From the NCBI GenBank assembly GCA_964016885.1, contig CAXHJY010000913.1, positions 1-64,000 of the forward strand: a stretch of DNA of 64,000 bases. Reading direction: 5' to 3'. Shown here in pieces: positions 1 to 14,182 of this stretch. Position numbers and translations under genes: made by a program. The notes beneath the pieces were generated by a model. The model worked only from the letters and a program-made list of their open reading frames with translations. It searched no databases and was not told the origin of the DNA. Each line of letters starts with the position of its first letter. The stretch's first letter is position 1. The DNA is from Eledone cirrhosa (lineage: Eukaryota).

Positions 1-259
1 CTAACTGTTGTGTTACCACTTCTACCAAACTCGTCCCATGGACTGAGTGCTCTACCACTACGGATATTACCTTCCAGTGTTCCACCACTACGGTAACCCT
101 TCTACCTTTGTTTTGTTTTCATTTTATTTATTTTTTCGTTTCTCTCAATTTTCACTTTTCTCCTATTTCTCACTCACTTCCTACCTCGAGATTTCCCATC
201 TGCATTGTTGTGGCTTTCTAAACTACATATTATATATATATATATATTTCGAACGATTC

Positions 260-301
<42 letters not shown>

Positions 302-480
302 GAATCGTTCGAAACCACTCAACACTCATCATCGAAATTCTAGATCTAGTCGATTCCATGCCATTGATGTTGACTGGTTTGCTTGGTTCTTTTTGATTTT
401 ACTCCCCCTATAGGGAATGTAGTCTCGTAATTGTCAGGGCCATCCCAGTTGGTCTAAGACTTTCACCTTAGTATATATAT

Positions 481-670
481 AACTGTTTCTATTTTAGGCA
501 CAAGGCCAGGAATTACCCAGTACATTACTGGTACTTTATTTTATCGACCCCGTAAGGATGAAAGGCAAAGTTAACCTCGGAGGGATTTGAACTCAGATCA
601 TAAAGGGACGTAACTCTATGCTTCAAAGCATAGTGTCCGACTCTCTCCCGATACTGCCAATCCACCTCCT
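481..670 (-). mobile_element. tRNA-derived SINE, full length
   Basis: A box TGGCAGTATCGG, B box GAGTTCAAATCC, conserved core GCCTTTCATCCTTACGGGGTCGATAAAATAAAGTACCAG. Confidence 0.9.
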
Positions 671-1272
671 TAGTATATATAGCATGTGTGAGACCCTACT
701 GTTATGTTTTTATTTAATATCTTAGCGTCCCCGTCTCCCCATCACCACCACCAGACATCTTGTCGATGTCTTCGAAATAAGAGTTTACATATTTTTTGTT
801 TTCATTTGTCCTGTATGACTCACAGCTTTATTGCATTTGACCTCATGAAATAGCCAGGGTCAAACATAATGTGCTACAACAGGTGAAATATAGTAGAAGG
901 ATGTGAGAGTATGAGGGGAGGGAGAGTATATGAGAGTTATGGAGGGCGGAGGATGGGTGTGTGGGGTGGGGTGGGAGTTATGAAGGTGTGAGTGGAGGAG
1001 GAGTATCTGGAGAAGCGGATGGGGAGTAGGTGGAAGTACGGAGGGAGGTGGACGGGGAAATATGTGGAGGTGTGAGTGAGTGTGGGGTGGAGGTTGCGAG
1101 AGTGTTAGGGGTGAAGGATGAGGGAGGATGGTGAGTACGTGGGAGGAGGATGGGGAGGAGGGCAGTAATGAAGAGAATGACGGAAAATAAATAAATAATG
1201 ATTGAGGCACGCCCAATAATTCATTAGAACTAATTACAGTTGTTGTTGTAGTTGTTGTTGCTTTTTTAAATG

Positions 1273-1414
1273 AAGTTCACTCGTGTGTGAATGTCATTAA
1301 TTATTTCTACTTTAGGCACAAGGCCAGCAATTTTCCAGTGCATTACTGGTACTTTATTTTATCGACCCCGTAAGGATGAAAGGCAAAGTTCACTCGTGTG
1401 TGAATGTCATTAAT
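1273..1414 (-). mobile_element. 5'-truncated SINE with 29-bp direct repeats (target-site duplication)
   Basis: AAGTTCACTCGTGTGTGAATGTCATTAAT occurs at 1273-1301 and 1386-1414. Confidence 0.85.
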
Positions 1415-1569
1415 GTTGAATAAACGGTTGCCTTTTGATAAGAGGGAAACACAATAGGTGAAGATGGCGGCGGCAGTGTCGATCTTGGATGAGTTGGGGT
1501 GGGGTAATTAGTGGAATAGAAATACGAACAGGAATGGTGGTATATAACGAAGACTTGTAGATTAATGAG

Positions 1570-4110
1570 TATGGTAGAGTGATGGTGGTGGAGTGATGGT
1601 GGCGGTGGAGTGGTGGTGCGATGGTGGTAGAGTGATGGTGGAGTGGTGGTGGTGGTGGTAGTGGTAGAGTGATGGTGGTGGTGGTAGTGGTGGTGGTGGT
1701 GGAGTGATGGCGGTGGTGGTGGTGTGATGGTGGTAGTGGTGGTGTGATGGTGGTGGAGTGATGGCGGTGGTGGTAGTAGAGTGATGGTGATAGTGGTGGA
1801 TGAGTGGTGGTGTTTGGGGGGGGGGGGGTGGAGTGATGGTGGTGTCGGTAGTGAAGTGACGGTGGTCGTGGAGTGATGATGGTGGTGGAGTGATGGTGGT
1901 GGTGGTGTTTATGGGGGTGGAATGGTAGTGGTCGTGGAGTGATGTTGGTGGTGGAGTGGTGATGGTCCTGGTGGAGTGATGGTGGCGGTGGAGTGATGGT
2001 GATGGTGGTGGTGGAGTGATGATAGTGGTGGAGGTAGGAAGGAGAATATGGAAGAAATGGGGTGGGGCGGGGGTCAGTCAGGGTGATAATTGTTTCTAAA
2101 TTTGGCACAAGGCCAGCAAATTATCCAGTACATTACTGGTACTTTATTTTATCGACCCCGTAAGGATGAAAAGCAAAGTTGACCTCGGCGGGATTTGAAC
2201 TCAGAATGGAAAGGGCCGTAACTCTATGCGTCAAAGCATGGCGTCCGACCCTCTACCGATACTACCAATCCAGTGATAATGATATGGAGGAAGGCGATGA
2301 TGGTCATCATTGATGGTGATGATGATGGTGATGATGTTCATAATGACCATAAAGCTATTATGACAATACTACTATTGCTGATGACGATGCTGATGATGAT
2401 GAATATGCTGATGATTATGATGATGATGATGGTGATGGTGATGATTATGATTATGATGATGATGGTGATGCTGATGGTGATGCTGATGATTATGATGATG
2501 ATTATGATGATGACGGTGATGATGATGATGACGGTGATGCTGATGATTATGATGATGTTGGTGATGCTGATGGTGATGATTATGATGATTATGGTGAAGC
2601 TGATGATTATGATGACTATGACGATGTTACTACTGCTACTGATGATTATGATGATGATGATAACGATAATATTAATGGTCATTACCGATGGTGATGGTGA
2701 TGGTGATGGTGATGGTGTGGTTGATAATGAAGATACCAGGAATAATGACACTACTTCCGGTGTTACTGATGGTGGTGGCGGTGGTGGTGATAATGGTGTG
2801 AGTCATGATTAATGGCGATGACAATAGTGACGATGATGATGATGATGATGATGATGATGACGATGATGATGATGATGCCGTTGCAGCTGCTTCTACAGCT
2901 ATTAATGATGATGGAGGTGGTGGTGGTGGTGGTGAATAGTGGTTATACTGCATTGGTAACAGTAGGTGGTGTTGGTGGTGGTGATGGTAATGTTGATGGT
3001 GGTGGTGGTGGTGGTGGTGATGGTAATGGTGGTGGTGGTGGTGGTGATGGTAATGGTGGTGGTGGTGGTGGTGTTGGTGGTAATGTTGGTGGTGGTGGTG
3101 GTGGTGAATAGTGGTTATACTGCATTGGTAACAGTAGGTGGTGTTGGTGGTGGTGATGGTAATGTTGATGGTGGTGGTGGTGGTGATGGTAATGGTGGTG
3201 GTGGTGGTGGTGATGTTGGTGGTGATGGTAATGGTGGTGGTGGTGGTGGTGTTGGTGGTAATGTTGGTGGTGGTGGTGGTGATGGTGGTGTTGGTGGTGG
3301 TGAATGGTGATGTTGGTGTGGTGGTGATGGAGGTGGTGATGGTGATGTTGGTGGTGGTGATGGTGGTGATGGTGATGTTGGTGGTGGTGGTGGTGGTGGT
3401 GGTGGGGGGGGGGGGGGGATGGTGATGGTGATGTTGGTGGTGGTGATGGTGATGATGGCGATGTTTGTGGTGGTGGTGGTGATGGTGGTGGTGGCGGTGA
3501 TGGTGATGGTGATGATGGTAATGTTGGTGGTGGTGGTGAATGGTGATGATGGTGATGGTGGTGATGGTGATGATGGTGATGTTGGTGGTGGTGGTGATGG
3601 TGATGTTGGTATAATGGTGGTGGTGATGGTGAGGATGATGTTGGTATAATGTTGGTGGTGGTGGTGATGGTGATGTTGGTATAATGTTGGTGGTGGTGGT
3701 GATGATGTCGGTGAAAGTGATGGTGATGTTGGTGGTGGCGATGTTGGTGTAATGGTGGTGGTGGTGGTGGTGGTGCTAACGGTGATGGTGACGGAGATAC
3801 TGGCAGTGACGGTGATGGTGAAAATGATGCACTGATGATGATGATGATGATGTACTGATGATGTTCATGGTAATTATGATGTCGTTTGAAGATGATGGTG
3901 ATACTTATGAATTTGTTTGATGATAATGATGATGATGATGGAAACGTTGGTGACGGTGATGATATTTTATGATGCTGACGATAATTTGATGATGATGATA
4001 ATGAAATAATGATGTTGTCTCTATAAAGATTACGGTGATGACTGTGATAATGATCATTATCTACAAAACGATACACACTGTAATGATGATTGAGATTGTG
4101 GTGGTGATGT
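1570..4110. repeat. Compound (GGT)n/(GAT)n low-complexity array with an internal duplication of about 172 bp
   Basis: Trinucleotide runs throughout. GAATAGTGGTTATACTGCATTGGTAACAGTAGG occurs at 2934 and 3106. A SINE interrupts the array. Confidence 0.9.
2088..2272 (-). mobile_element. tRNA-derived SINE
   Basis: Same family as 481-670. Confidence 0.9.
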
Positions 4111-4578
4111 AGGAGAAATGTATTCGATTTCTAATTAACCTGCTCTCTTAATTAAATGCAGGCCATTATATATGGTTTACAAGCTAACAGCAGCCATTGC
4201 AAATGAATAATTAAGTGGCAACCCATACTGTGTTTAAAATGGTTGACTCCTTTCTTGGTATCATGTGTGGTTGATGATGGGTGTGTGTAGAGGGCGTCAT
4301 TTCAATTGACACGAAAATTTTAATTCCTGGTGTTTTAACATCCGCTCCCCCTAAGGGTTTTTTTTTTTGCATTGACGAGTCGGTAGAAGGTTAGTAAGAA
4401 AATATGCCTTACAGTATTTAGTTACGTAGTCAGGGCCCTTGTAATTTTATTCCGATTCCCGCTCAGGTCAACGTTGTCTTCAATCCTTTCGGGGTCTAAA
4501 GGAAAATTATGGGTTCAGTGAGGTGGGTTTGCTGGATTCTTAAGGCATTATGCGAAATGCGCCCGCATGCACACACAT

Positions 4579-4669
<91 letters not shown>

Positions 4670-4786
4670 AGTCAGGACCCCGACGGCTGAGCTCCGGCCG
4701 TTTCGACAGTTAGATCTACTACCCTAAGTATCGAGTACTCTGGTGCGTTATGGTCCACCTGGTTTCTTACCATACTTCCTTCGTTA
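4670..4786. mobile_element. Copy of the 54327 family (inverted HHR half joined to the forward tail)
   Basis: GGACCCCGACGGCTGAGCTC...TTTCGAC is followed by TCTACTACCCTAAGTATCGAGTACTCTGGTGCGTTATGGTCC, between (GA)n and (TA)n. Confidence 0.7.
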
Positions 4787-5087
4787 TATATATATATATA
4801 AACAATATTTGGCTGGCTTATGAAGCATTTGGAAGTTTGAAATTTGAAAATATAGTCACCACAATGCGAATAACTATAATAATATTTGATAGCTGTACAT
4901 AATAGTTAAAAAAATCGGGTAAAAAGCCTAGAGATAAACAAATAGGTGGCCAGCACAGCTAAATAGAATTGAACTTTGTCCCTTTCAAATTCTGGTTGAG
5001 TGCTGTGTGCTATGGAGCTAAACGCCCCCCCCCCCCCCCTCTCTCTCTCTCTCTCTCTTATTTATATATATATATATATATATATAA

Positions 5088-5390
5088 TTTTTTTTTGTCG
5101 TTTTGGAAGCCTCAACAATGCAGATGGGTAAATCTCCGGGTGACAGAATCCGGTGGTGAAGAGAGAGATGTAAGGGAATGTAGAATGCGTTGTATAGTGT
5201 GTAGAGGAACGTCTCTACACACTATACAACGCATTCTACATTCCCTTACATCTCTCTCTTCACCACCGGATTCTGTTACCCGGAGATTTACCCATCTGCA
5301 TTGTTGAGGCTTCCAAAACGACAAAAAAAAAAAAATGTATTATTCCACAATGCTTCAAGCAAACTTCAATACTCTCTCATATATATATTA
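5088..5390. mobile_element. 119-bp-arm palindrome of a (TA)n-associated short element
   Basis: Arms 5088-5206 and 5213-5331 with a 6-nt loop. An unrearranged homologue lies at about 45165-45340 and a fragment at about 181-225. Confidence 0.8.
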
Positions 5391-6154
5391 TATATATTTA
5401 TATACATGTGCATGTATGTGTGTGTGTAGGCACGCCTGTATGTATCTCAATATACACGCATCAGTACAAGCATTAAGATTAATTAACCATCAGCATGTCC
5501 AACATACGTGTTGCTAACACATAAACTTAACATTTATCACTGCTGCGTCTCAGCATCATTTAATTATGAACATCACTTCTATTATCAGTAATTATATACT
5601 GCGTCTCAATCGACATCACCAACACCAACACCACCAGCATCACCAGCATTGATAACACCATCACCACCACCAGCAACATCACCATCACCACCATCATCAC
5701 TACCGCTACCACCGACACAACCACCATCACTAACACCAGCATACCTACCACTTGAAACACCTGCGTAACTAACTCCACTAACACTAACACCTGCATACCT
5801 AACATGACAACTAGTAAAAGTAAAACCCTCACCACTAACACCACCACCACCGCTAACATGGCCAACCCAACTAACCCCGCTATCACCATTAACTCCGTTA
5901 CTACGACTAACACCACCACCACCGCGAAAACGGCTACCAGCACGAACCCCTTTCTACTGCCATGAAAGCCCCTACCACTAACACCACCACTCATAACACC
6001 AACACTGCTAAAACTACCACCGTTAATACCCGAACCATTAAAACAAGAGCCACTAACGCCACCTCTACCCACAGAAGTAATACCATTCATAACAGCGCCA
6101 GCAACACCACAAACATCACCATCACAAAACCATGGACATTATTCTTGGGCATTA

Positions 6155-6330
6155 GTGGATTGGCAGTATCGGTAGAGGGTCGGGCGCCATGCTTTGACGC
6201 GCTTTCGATTCTGAGTTCAATGCCGCCGAGGTTAACTTAGCCTTTCATCCTTACGGGGTCGATAAAATAAAGTACCAGTAACGTACTGGAATAACTGCTG
6301 GCCTTGTGCCAAAAGTAGAAACAATTATTA
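6155..6330 (+). mobile_element. tRNA-derived SINE
   Basis: Same family as 481-670. Confidence 0.9.
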
Positions 6331-7321
6331 GTCTTCATCCTCACATTCTATGCAGTGGAATGAATAAGTTTAACAAAACCTGCACCAAGCCACACCATCA
6401 CACTCTTCTATGACGTATTAATCGCACCATCTATACAGACACACAGAGCCTATTTCGATAAAAAAAAACAACAGATGGCTATCTAATTCTCTCTGCATAA
6501 ATTACTTTTGACGATGTAAACGTGACAAAAAATAAAACAAGTTAACGGAAAACAAATATACTTTGTAGTAAACATTTTCTATGCGACGATCTTGTCACAG
6601 ACTTAAAATATTCTTCAAAGCACCATTGATTTGAATAATTACAGTACGAATATAATATCTTCCTTTATCTAGATAGATGCAAGCAGCATCTCAAATGTGT
6701 ATTTACACTTACAAAGACAACATTTAGTTTTCCATGGAACTTACACTATGGATTGGAGGCTTCCGGTCTAGTAGTTTGTGTGTCGGGCTTGCGAACCTAA
6801 TGCCATTGGGTCGATTCCAGGACCGAGAGGCGCGTTTCGTTGTTGAACAAACTACGTCATTTCATGATACTTCAGTCCACTTAACTGAAAATGATTATCA
6901 GCAGCAGCTGGGTCTTAGCTCTGCAATGGTCTAGCGTTCTGCGCAGAGGTGAGTTTGTACTAAAATGGCCCTAAACCGTCAAGTAATGACATCCTCCAAT
7001 GAATAGTTCGGTATATGTTTCCATATATACCGGAGTAGCTTTATTTTTTGTATATCCACATGTACATAGAGCGTTCAAAAGTTAATTGAATAAATAGTCA
7101 AAAAGTTGTATTTTCCGAAAAATATCAAAATAAAGTAGATATATCAAATTCTCGCCGCTGTTGCTTCTTCGGACAGCAAGTTCAAATCTTTCTGTGATTT
7201 ATTTATATTTACTTATAGTGGAGTTATCATTTATGAGTGGGTTCAGTTGTTGTATGATATTGATAGATGTTCGTCTATGAATGTGTTTGTATGTGTGTTT
7301 AGAAATACAGATGAAGAGTTC

Positions 7322-7364
7322 ATTACATGAAGAAGCACCAGCGGCGAAACTTCAAAGTCACTGC
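7322..7364 (+). ncRNA. Decayed hammerhead motif
   Basis: Reads AUGAAGA-AGCACCAGCGGC-GAAACUUCAAAGUC-ACUG. A partial inverted copy lies at about 7151-7176 and a related tail at about 33553-33580. Confidence 0.45.
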
Positions 7365-7496
7365 CAATTTCCCCCCTTTTTCTTCAGAAAATAATCCTTT
7401 AAACTTAGTTTAATATTTTGTATTACAATAATATAAAGAACATTTTTCTACCATCATATCTATATAATTTGAATGTAAAGCATAATGGCTGCTCAG

Positions 7497-7532
<36 letters not shown>

Positions 7533-8304
7533 CGAAAGCTTCTAGTTCAATTTATCTACATATATAATGCGTGTGCGTATGAGTACATAAAGAATTATGA
7601 ATACATTTGTCTGTGTACATTTGTGTGTATGTGTGTTGTGTAACTATATAAAGTGCTATAAATACATACATATGTTTGTGTACATTTGTGAGTGTGTGAA
7701 TGTATATATCTATGTATTTCTATGTATTGTGTATTCGTCTTTTAGTGCACGAGTGCAGATAATGCTTAATGCTTAGAACTAGTTAAATGTTTGTACTGAA
7801 AATAGTTACAAGGTCAATACGGTTAAGTAGGTGTACGTCCCGAATAAACTTCATGGTTCAGTGAAATATCTCAGTGCAAAACTCTTTCATAACATAAACA
7901 GCCATGTTTCTACAGTTGTCATCATATTTTATATCAAAAAATGATTTTCAGATATCGTTTTATTCACCAGTTCTCTCTGTGTGTCATACATATTTTCTAT
8001 ATAATGATACCCAATTAACAGTTGCAACTGTTCACTTAGAGAAGTTTTATACGTGTTTATAGTTTATATACAGATTGTTTTCTATGTCTTGTGTAGCCCC
8101 GTGGCAGGGTGGTAAGCGTGTTTGACTCGTCATCATAAGGTTGTGGCTTCGATTTTTGAACCAAACAATGCGTTGCTTCTTTTTCCATGCGTTGCGACCG
8201 GCAGTTGATATGCAAAGACTAATGGAAAGATGGTTTCCTTGATCTGACTTGAAAACCGATAGAAAACAACAACAAAACCACCACCTCTTACACATTATTT
8301 CACA

Positions 8305-8485
8305 TGGCAGTATCGGTAGAGGGTTGGACGCCATACTTTCTAGCATAGTTACGTCCCTTTACAGTCTGAGTTCAAATCCCGCCGAGGTTAACTTTGCCTT
8401 TCATCCTTACGGGGTCGATAAAATAAAGTACCAGTAATGTACTGGGTAATTGCTGGCATTGTGCCTAAAGTAGAAACAATTATTT
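8305..8485 (+). mobile_element. tRNA-derived SINE with target-site duplication ATTATTTCACATG
   Basis: Same family. Direct repeat at 8294-8306 and 8479-8491. Confidence 0.9.
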
Positions 8486-8900
8486 CACATGTTGGACATT
8501 AAGGTGATAAATCATCTGAATGCTCATCCTCGAAACCAACGGAGGATCCATCATTAGTTCATCAAATATTTTCACTTCGTGCAGTCTTGTTATGTAAATT
8601 AGGGCAGACCAATATATATCTATCTGAGATTGCGAGAGCCATAATTAGCTATGTGGTAGTATTATCTATGTAGTCAAGTGACTGAGTTACCTTTCTCTGA
8701 TAAAGAGGTAAAGATAGACACAATCTTTTTTAATTGAACTCATTCTTGTTTAAACTGAGAATAACGTGTTGTTTTAAATGTGAGGCTAAAACGTGTGTGT
8801 ACTAAGATCGCACTCGTAAGTTCACCTTACAACTCTATCTGTGCTAACGGCAAAGATATGGACTCTATTACACACACATACACACACGTGTATCAAAACG

Positions 8901-8934
<34 letters not shown>

Positions 8935-9081
8935 AGGAGTTGACGGACCGAGCATATTTATCAATGCCAGGACTGGTTGTATCTCAGCTTACTCAATAGG
9001 CAATGTAAGATACATTCCCAGAGAATACACATAGTTATTTGCCTCAACACAACACACGTAAAACGGGTGCCTATAATAGTT

Positions 9082-9192
9082 CCCGGACTCGAGTTTCGGC
9101 CACACTTAATGCAGCAGTAAGGTGCACTGTACCCTCCGTCTGCATATATTATGCAACAATGCATAATCGGCGTATGCAGCTTCATCAGCGGG
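9082..9192 (-). ncRNA. Type I hammerhead ribozyme, intact core, long branched stem II
   Basis: Minus strand reads CCCG-CUGAUGA-[about 85 nt stem II domain]-GAAAC-UCGA-GUC-CGGG. Stem I is CCCG/CGGG, stem III is the palindrome ACUCGAGU, and the cleavage triplet is GUC. Confidence 0.85.
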
Positions 9193-9546
9193 TATCGCCT
9201 AATCAATAACCAATCGATCGACAGAAACATAATAGCACCACTGACGATGTTGCAGATGTGCAACGAAAGAACTTTGTTAGACTATATATATGTGTTTGTG
9301 ACTATATTATATCTGTATTTTTGACCGTTGGTCAGTCAATGGTAACATTGAGGACCGAATAAATTAAATTAACCGATATAAAAGACACAGAAGCGAAAAC
9401 CAACGAAACAGTGAGTGTGTTCTGTTATTAATTCTGGCAATATTATTATACAAATATGACCCTCCCCAAGTATAACAATATTTGTTTCGACACACGATTT
9501 CATATCAAAAACCTCGCATAACTAATTCATCGCCCTTATATGTATG

Positions 9547-9649
<103 letters not shown>

Positions 9650-10149
9650 TTCATGTATGAATATAGTTGTCGTACACACTCGCACATGTTTCTACACTTG
9701 GGTTTTTACTATTTGAAAGGCAAGGAAAATGAAAAGGAACTTCAGAAATGTTCACATTTACTCATAAGCCCTTTATGTTTAGTTTCCAACAAGAATTAAT
9801 ACCCTAAAAAAACATATCAAGCGAAATATGAAAGGAAATTTCACAATTTTTCTTTAATGAAAAAGAAAACATAAACTCAAGGAGAAAGAAAAGGGGGAAA
9901 TAAGAATTGAAAGGAAAGTACAAAATAAATAAATAAAAACGGAAACAGGAAAAACAATAACAAACGCTTGAAATGGGTTGGGTGGTGGTTCATTTCACAC
10001 GCTTCATCTGTGCCCTACAGAAATTCTGTCCCCTTATAACACAGGCATTTGAACAGTACTCAATGGCATTGCTGCTGTTGTAATACACAGGATAAGTAGA
10101 TTAGGTGGTCGGGCACTCAATGGGAAATTGTATTGGGCAGATTAGTAGC

Positions 10150-10182
<33 letters not shown>

Positions 10183-11540
10183 CGGGATGGGGTTTCTGGT
10201 AATAAAAATGCAAGCATCATCATCATCATAGCCACTGATAAGGTACAGAATTAAGAATATATGTCATCTATGTCTAGCACGTCAAGCGGCTACATGGGGA
10301 CTGTCTCATTGGCTCCTGTTTTTGTTGATCATCTTACGGTCGAAGTAGAATGTCGTTGTTGGTGTTGGTGGTGCTCAGGATCAGATTAATGTAACTAGGG
10401 AACTAGGGACCCTTGGCCAGAGAACATTTATGCTCTCCACCTGTGGTGTTGTATTTGTTCTTTTGTTCCAACGCACTTCCTAACCACGTCAGAGCTGGCT
10501 TTTAACGTTAAGTTCCGTTCATGGACATGCAACTCCTGACAGAGTCGTAGAACCGGCGTCGATACAATTTAATCCTGACGTAGCCCACAGCTCGTTTTCT
10601 TCCAGAGAGAGAGAGAGAGAGAGAGAGAGATGGGAGGGGGGATTTATTTTCGACCTGAAAATTATAAAAGGTCAAGTTGAACGCGGCTGAATTTGAACCC
10701 TGAGTGCAGAGAACCAACACAAATACCACGAAACATTCTATCCGGTTTTCTAACAACTCTGCTACATCGCCGCCTGGTTGATAAGGGCTGGTATGTATCA
10801 TTGGCCACTTAACACCTCATCCTTTAGTGTTATTGACGGGGAATAAAACTCCTAATTAGGAGATTAGAGGAGTAGCAAGAGGGGAAGTTGAAGGGGGAGG
10901 CAAGGAAGACGATGTTTACGTTAATCAAAACTAGAAGCTTTAAAGATGATAATTATCATCTTAGTGACCACACTGTTGATGATGACCATGGGGATGATGA
11001 TGATGATCATTATAGTGATGACGATATCGACAACGGCAACGTTGACGATGATAGTGATGATGATGATGATGATGTGTAGGAGTGTTGGTAATGATATTTC
11101 GATGTAATGGGTATGATGGTAATAATGGCAATTATGATAAAAATGATAACGATGATAGCCACAACGATGGTTAGTAGAGGTTGATGAGAGTTTTCTTGAA
11201 GGTAGTGATGATGGTCAGGATGATAATAATGAAGATGATGATTCGTGTAACTGATACAAGAGTTACCATAGAAGTAGGCTCCATACCAATCAATACCTCC
11301 CTATTATGTGCATTGCTAATAGCAAAGGCTTATTGATATCCATTAACATCCCTTTGCATTTTACTTTCATCATTCTAGCCCTTTGGGAACCTGTTAAATG
11401 TAACATAAAATCATCCCTCCTCTGCTACTAATATGTTGGATTTTGGTGGGATTTATATGTCGGAAGAGCTAAGGTGTATTAAACATCCAAATTCACTGAC
11501 CGTGTTCTATCTTCAGTTTATGCTATTTTAGTTCATATAT

Positions 11541-11591
<51 letters not shown>

Positions 11592-12264
11592 AAGAGGCAT
11601 GGGTTATAAGACCCGTCCCAGCAGGGTCACTAGTCAATCCCTGAGTTAATCCCTTACTGTAAATGTACATAATTTCATACCTGAGTGGGATGGAACATTT
11701 AAAATAAAATGTCTTGATCTAGGAATCGAATTCACAGCCGTAATCTCGACACCCTAACCAATTACTATGAAGATAAGAGAATGTTTTATTTCGACTAGAT
11801 CTAAAACACATATACACACAAACACGCACGCACAGTTACGTTTTATAGCCTACCAGTATTTTTTTTCGAAGGAGTATTTGGAAAATAAATCTATAAGACA
11901 GAATTGTTACTTCCATATTTAATCCGAACATAGACTCTAGAAACATGGCCATGTTATCTATCACATTGGATGACAGGGAACTGGAAATAGAATCATAAAA
12001 GGTCACAATAAATTCTTTTACTTGTCAGATTATGAATTCCATAAAACATTTTAAGAGTCCATTCTAGCTGAAGGTTTATTATATGACAACGGAAACTTGT
12101 TGCAAAACAGAACCTATAATATTTATACTTAAAGCCATCAGAAAAGCTATGTGTTGCATATATTAATATTATTGTCTGTACTATACTAAATATAAATTCA
12201 AAAATAATCCTCCACCTGTCGTTATGTTTTAATCTAGGATTCGCAGTCCATATTCTAATCCTTT

Positions 12265-12532
12265 TTTTCTTGGCCCACTTATTCCTGGGAGGGTCAAGAG
12301 AGCAGAATCCTCAAACATGTCTTCCAGCTGGTGCTGTCAGAAGTAACCGTCTCCAATTGATCCGATTGGATCCCCAAGCGAAGCCAGCCGAGTTAATGGA
12401 TGTTAGCCAAACATCTTATTAGGGGGTCTACCGATGGGTCTTCTGTCGGTTGGTTTTGCCCCGAAAATCACTTCAACGATTCTTTCCTGAGACATTCTAA
12501 ACACATGCCTGTAGTATCGGAGCTGTGATCTC
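12265..12532 (-). mobile_element. RTE-type LINE 3' fragment
   Basis: Minus strand translates as RSQLRYYRHVFRMSQERIVEVIFGAKPTDRRPIGRP, typical of the RTE C-terminus; it is disrupted downstream. Confidence 0.75.
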
Positions 12533-13697
12533 TATTTATGCATACAAACATATAAACATATACATATATGTACTTATATATCCACACCCACACACACATA
12601 CACATATACACACACATACCTTTTTAATAACTGTTTCAGATAGAAAACCTCTTCCCTGCTTTACCATGAAAAAAAAGAAAAGAAAGCAGTAAATTCCTCG
12701 TTGTTCCATTACCTCTTTTATGAGTTTCTGAAGAGTAAAATAAAACCTGTCACAATTCATCATAAAATAGCATTTCAACTGAATCACTGTTCCAAATATT
12801 CAAATATCTTTCTGACCTAAATCTAGGCGGACGTCCGGCGGTCACGACGACGATTGTTCCAGGTGTTCGAGTAACCGAATAACCATCTCGTGAAATTGGT
12901 TAGCATGGTTGAGCCCCCCCCCCCCACCCACAGACGTGTACACCCTTAACGTAGTTCGCAGTGTGAATCTCCGTGATGCATTTTGTGACTAGGTGGTCCC
13001 TTTCAAATACATACAGTCCAAGTTTTATTTTAGTTTAAGTAGCTGACCATTCCAGAGACACACGTAACACTATCGTAATTCTCAGGAAGATTCAGGGTGA
13101 GACAAGTCCATTCAATTACATTTGCATCTCATTTTTTTCAAGTTGCTTTGACTGGAGCAGCATGAAATGAAGAGTCTTGTTCAAAGACAGGACGCACGGT
13201 CAGGCTCGGCAATCGAACTGAAGGCATTGTCTTGAGCCAACCCCCTTAACCATTCAGTCAGGTTAAGTCTTCAGGACTTCAATACATGCTTTGGGCAAGA
13301 ATAAATACAAACCACCGAGCTAAAATAAAATAGGAAACTAGGATCTGCTTTTATATGTGATTTTCACGAATGAAGCTGCGTAGCTTAGTGACTAGGGTGC
13401 TCTGTTCACAATCGTAAAGTCATCATCTCCATTTTCGGTGGTTTTATTTCACAACAACTCAGATGAAAAAGAAAATGAGTTGCACCTATAATTCCAAATG
13501 CCAGCTTTTGAACACATTGCATCACGCTGGATCATGTGTATGGAATGCTCAGTCACTTACCCTATAATGCAACATGGGCTGTACACGCTGTCAAGGTGAA
13601 TAGGTGAATCTTCTCGGGAATTATATCAGAAGTGTACGTGGAATCAACTGAAACACTCGCCGTAGGAACCGACGGAGTTTCTTGACACACACACACG

Positions 13698-13788
<91 letters not shown>

Positions 13789-14117
13789 GTGCAATGCTCA
13801 CCCTCATGCGCGTTGATTCCATGAACATGCTGTCCGTTGTTCGAAACAACTGGTACACGCACTGTCGCAACCGACGGAGGTCCAGCCACATGCACACTCA
13901 CACGCATACACACACTACCACACATATATAAGCAATGTTCATTGAAGACAGCTGTTCTAATCTATCTTTTTCTGATGACTTGGGATTTCATTTCTGAGCA
14001 GCATAATTAACTGTACCTCCTTAGCTTACAGAAAAAATATTGCTTTTTTATTTTCTCTAGTTGTCTATCTATTCATCCTAATCTGTCAATCTACTTCCAT
14101 ATATATACGTGTATATA

Positions 14118-14182
<65 letters not shown>

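Noticed and set aside
1410-4076. Long His/Pro/Met/Val-rich ORFs
   Set aside because: They are translations of GGT/GAT repeats, open in several frames on both strands, with no domain.
6160-6230. tRNA genes suggested by A and B boxes
   Set aside because: These are SINE heads with no cloverleaf.
10000-10140. Possible exon after TGCCCTACAG
   Set aside because: There is no recognisable coding signal or matching splice donor.
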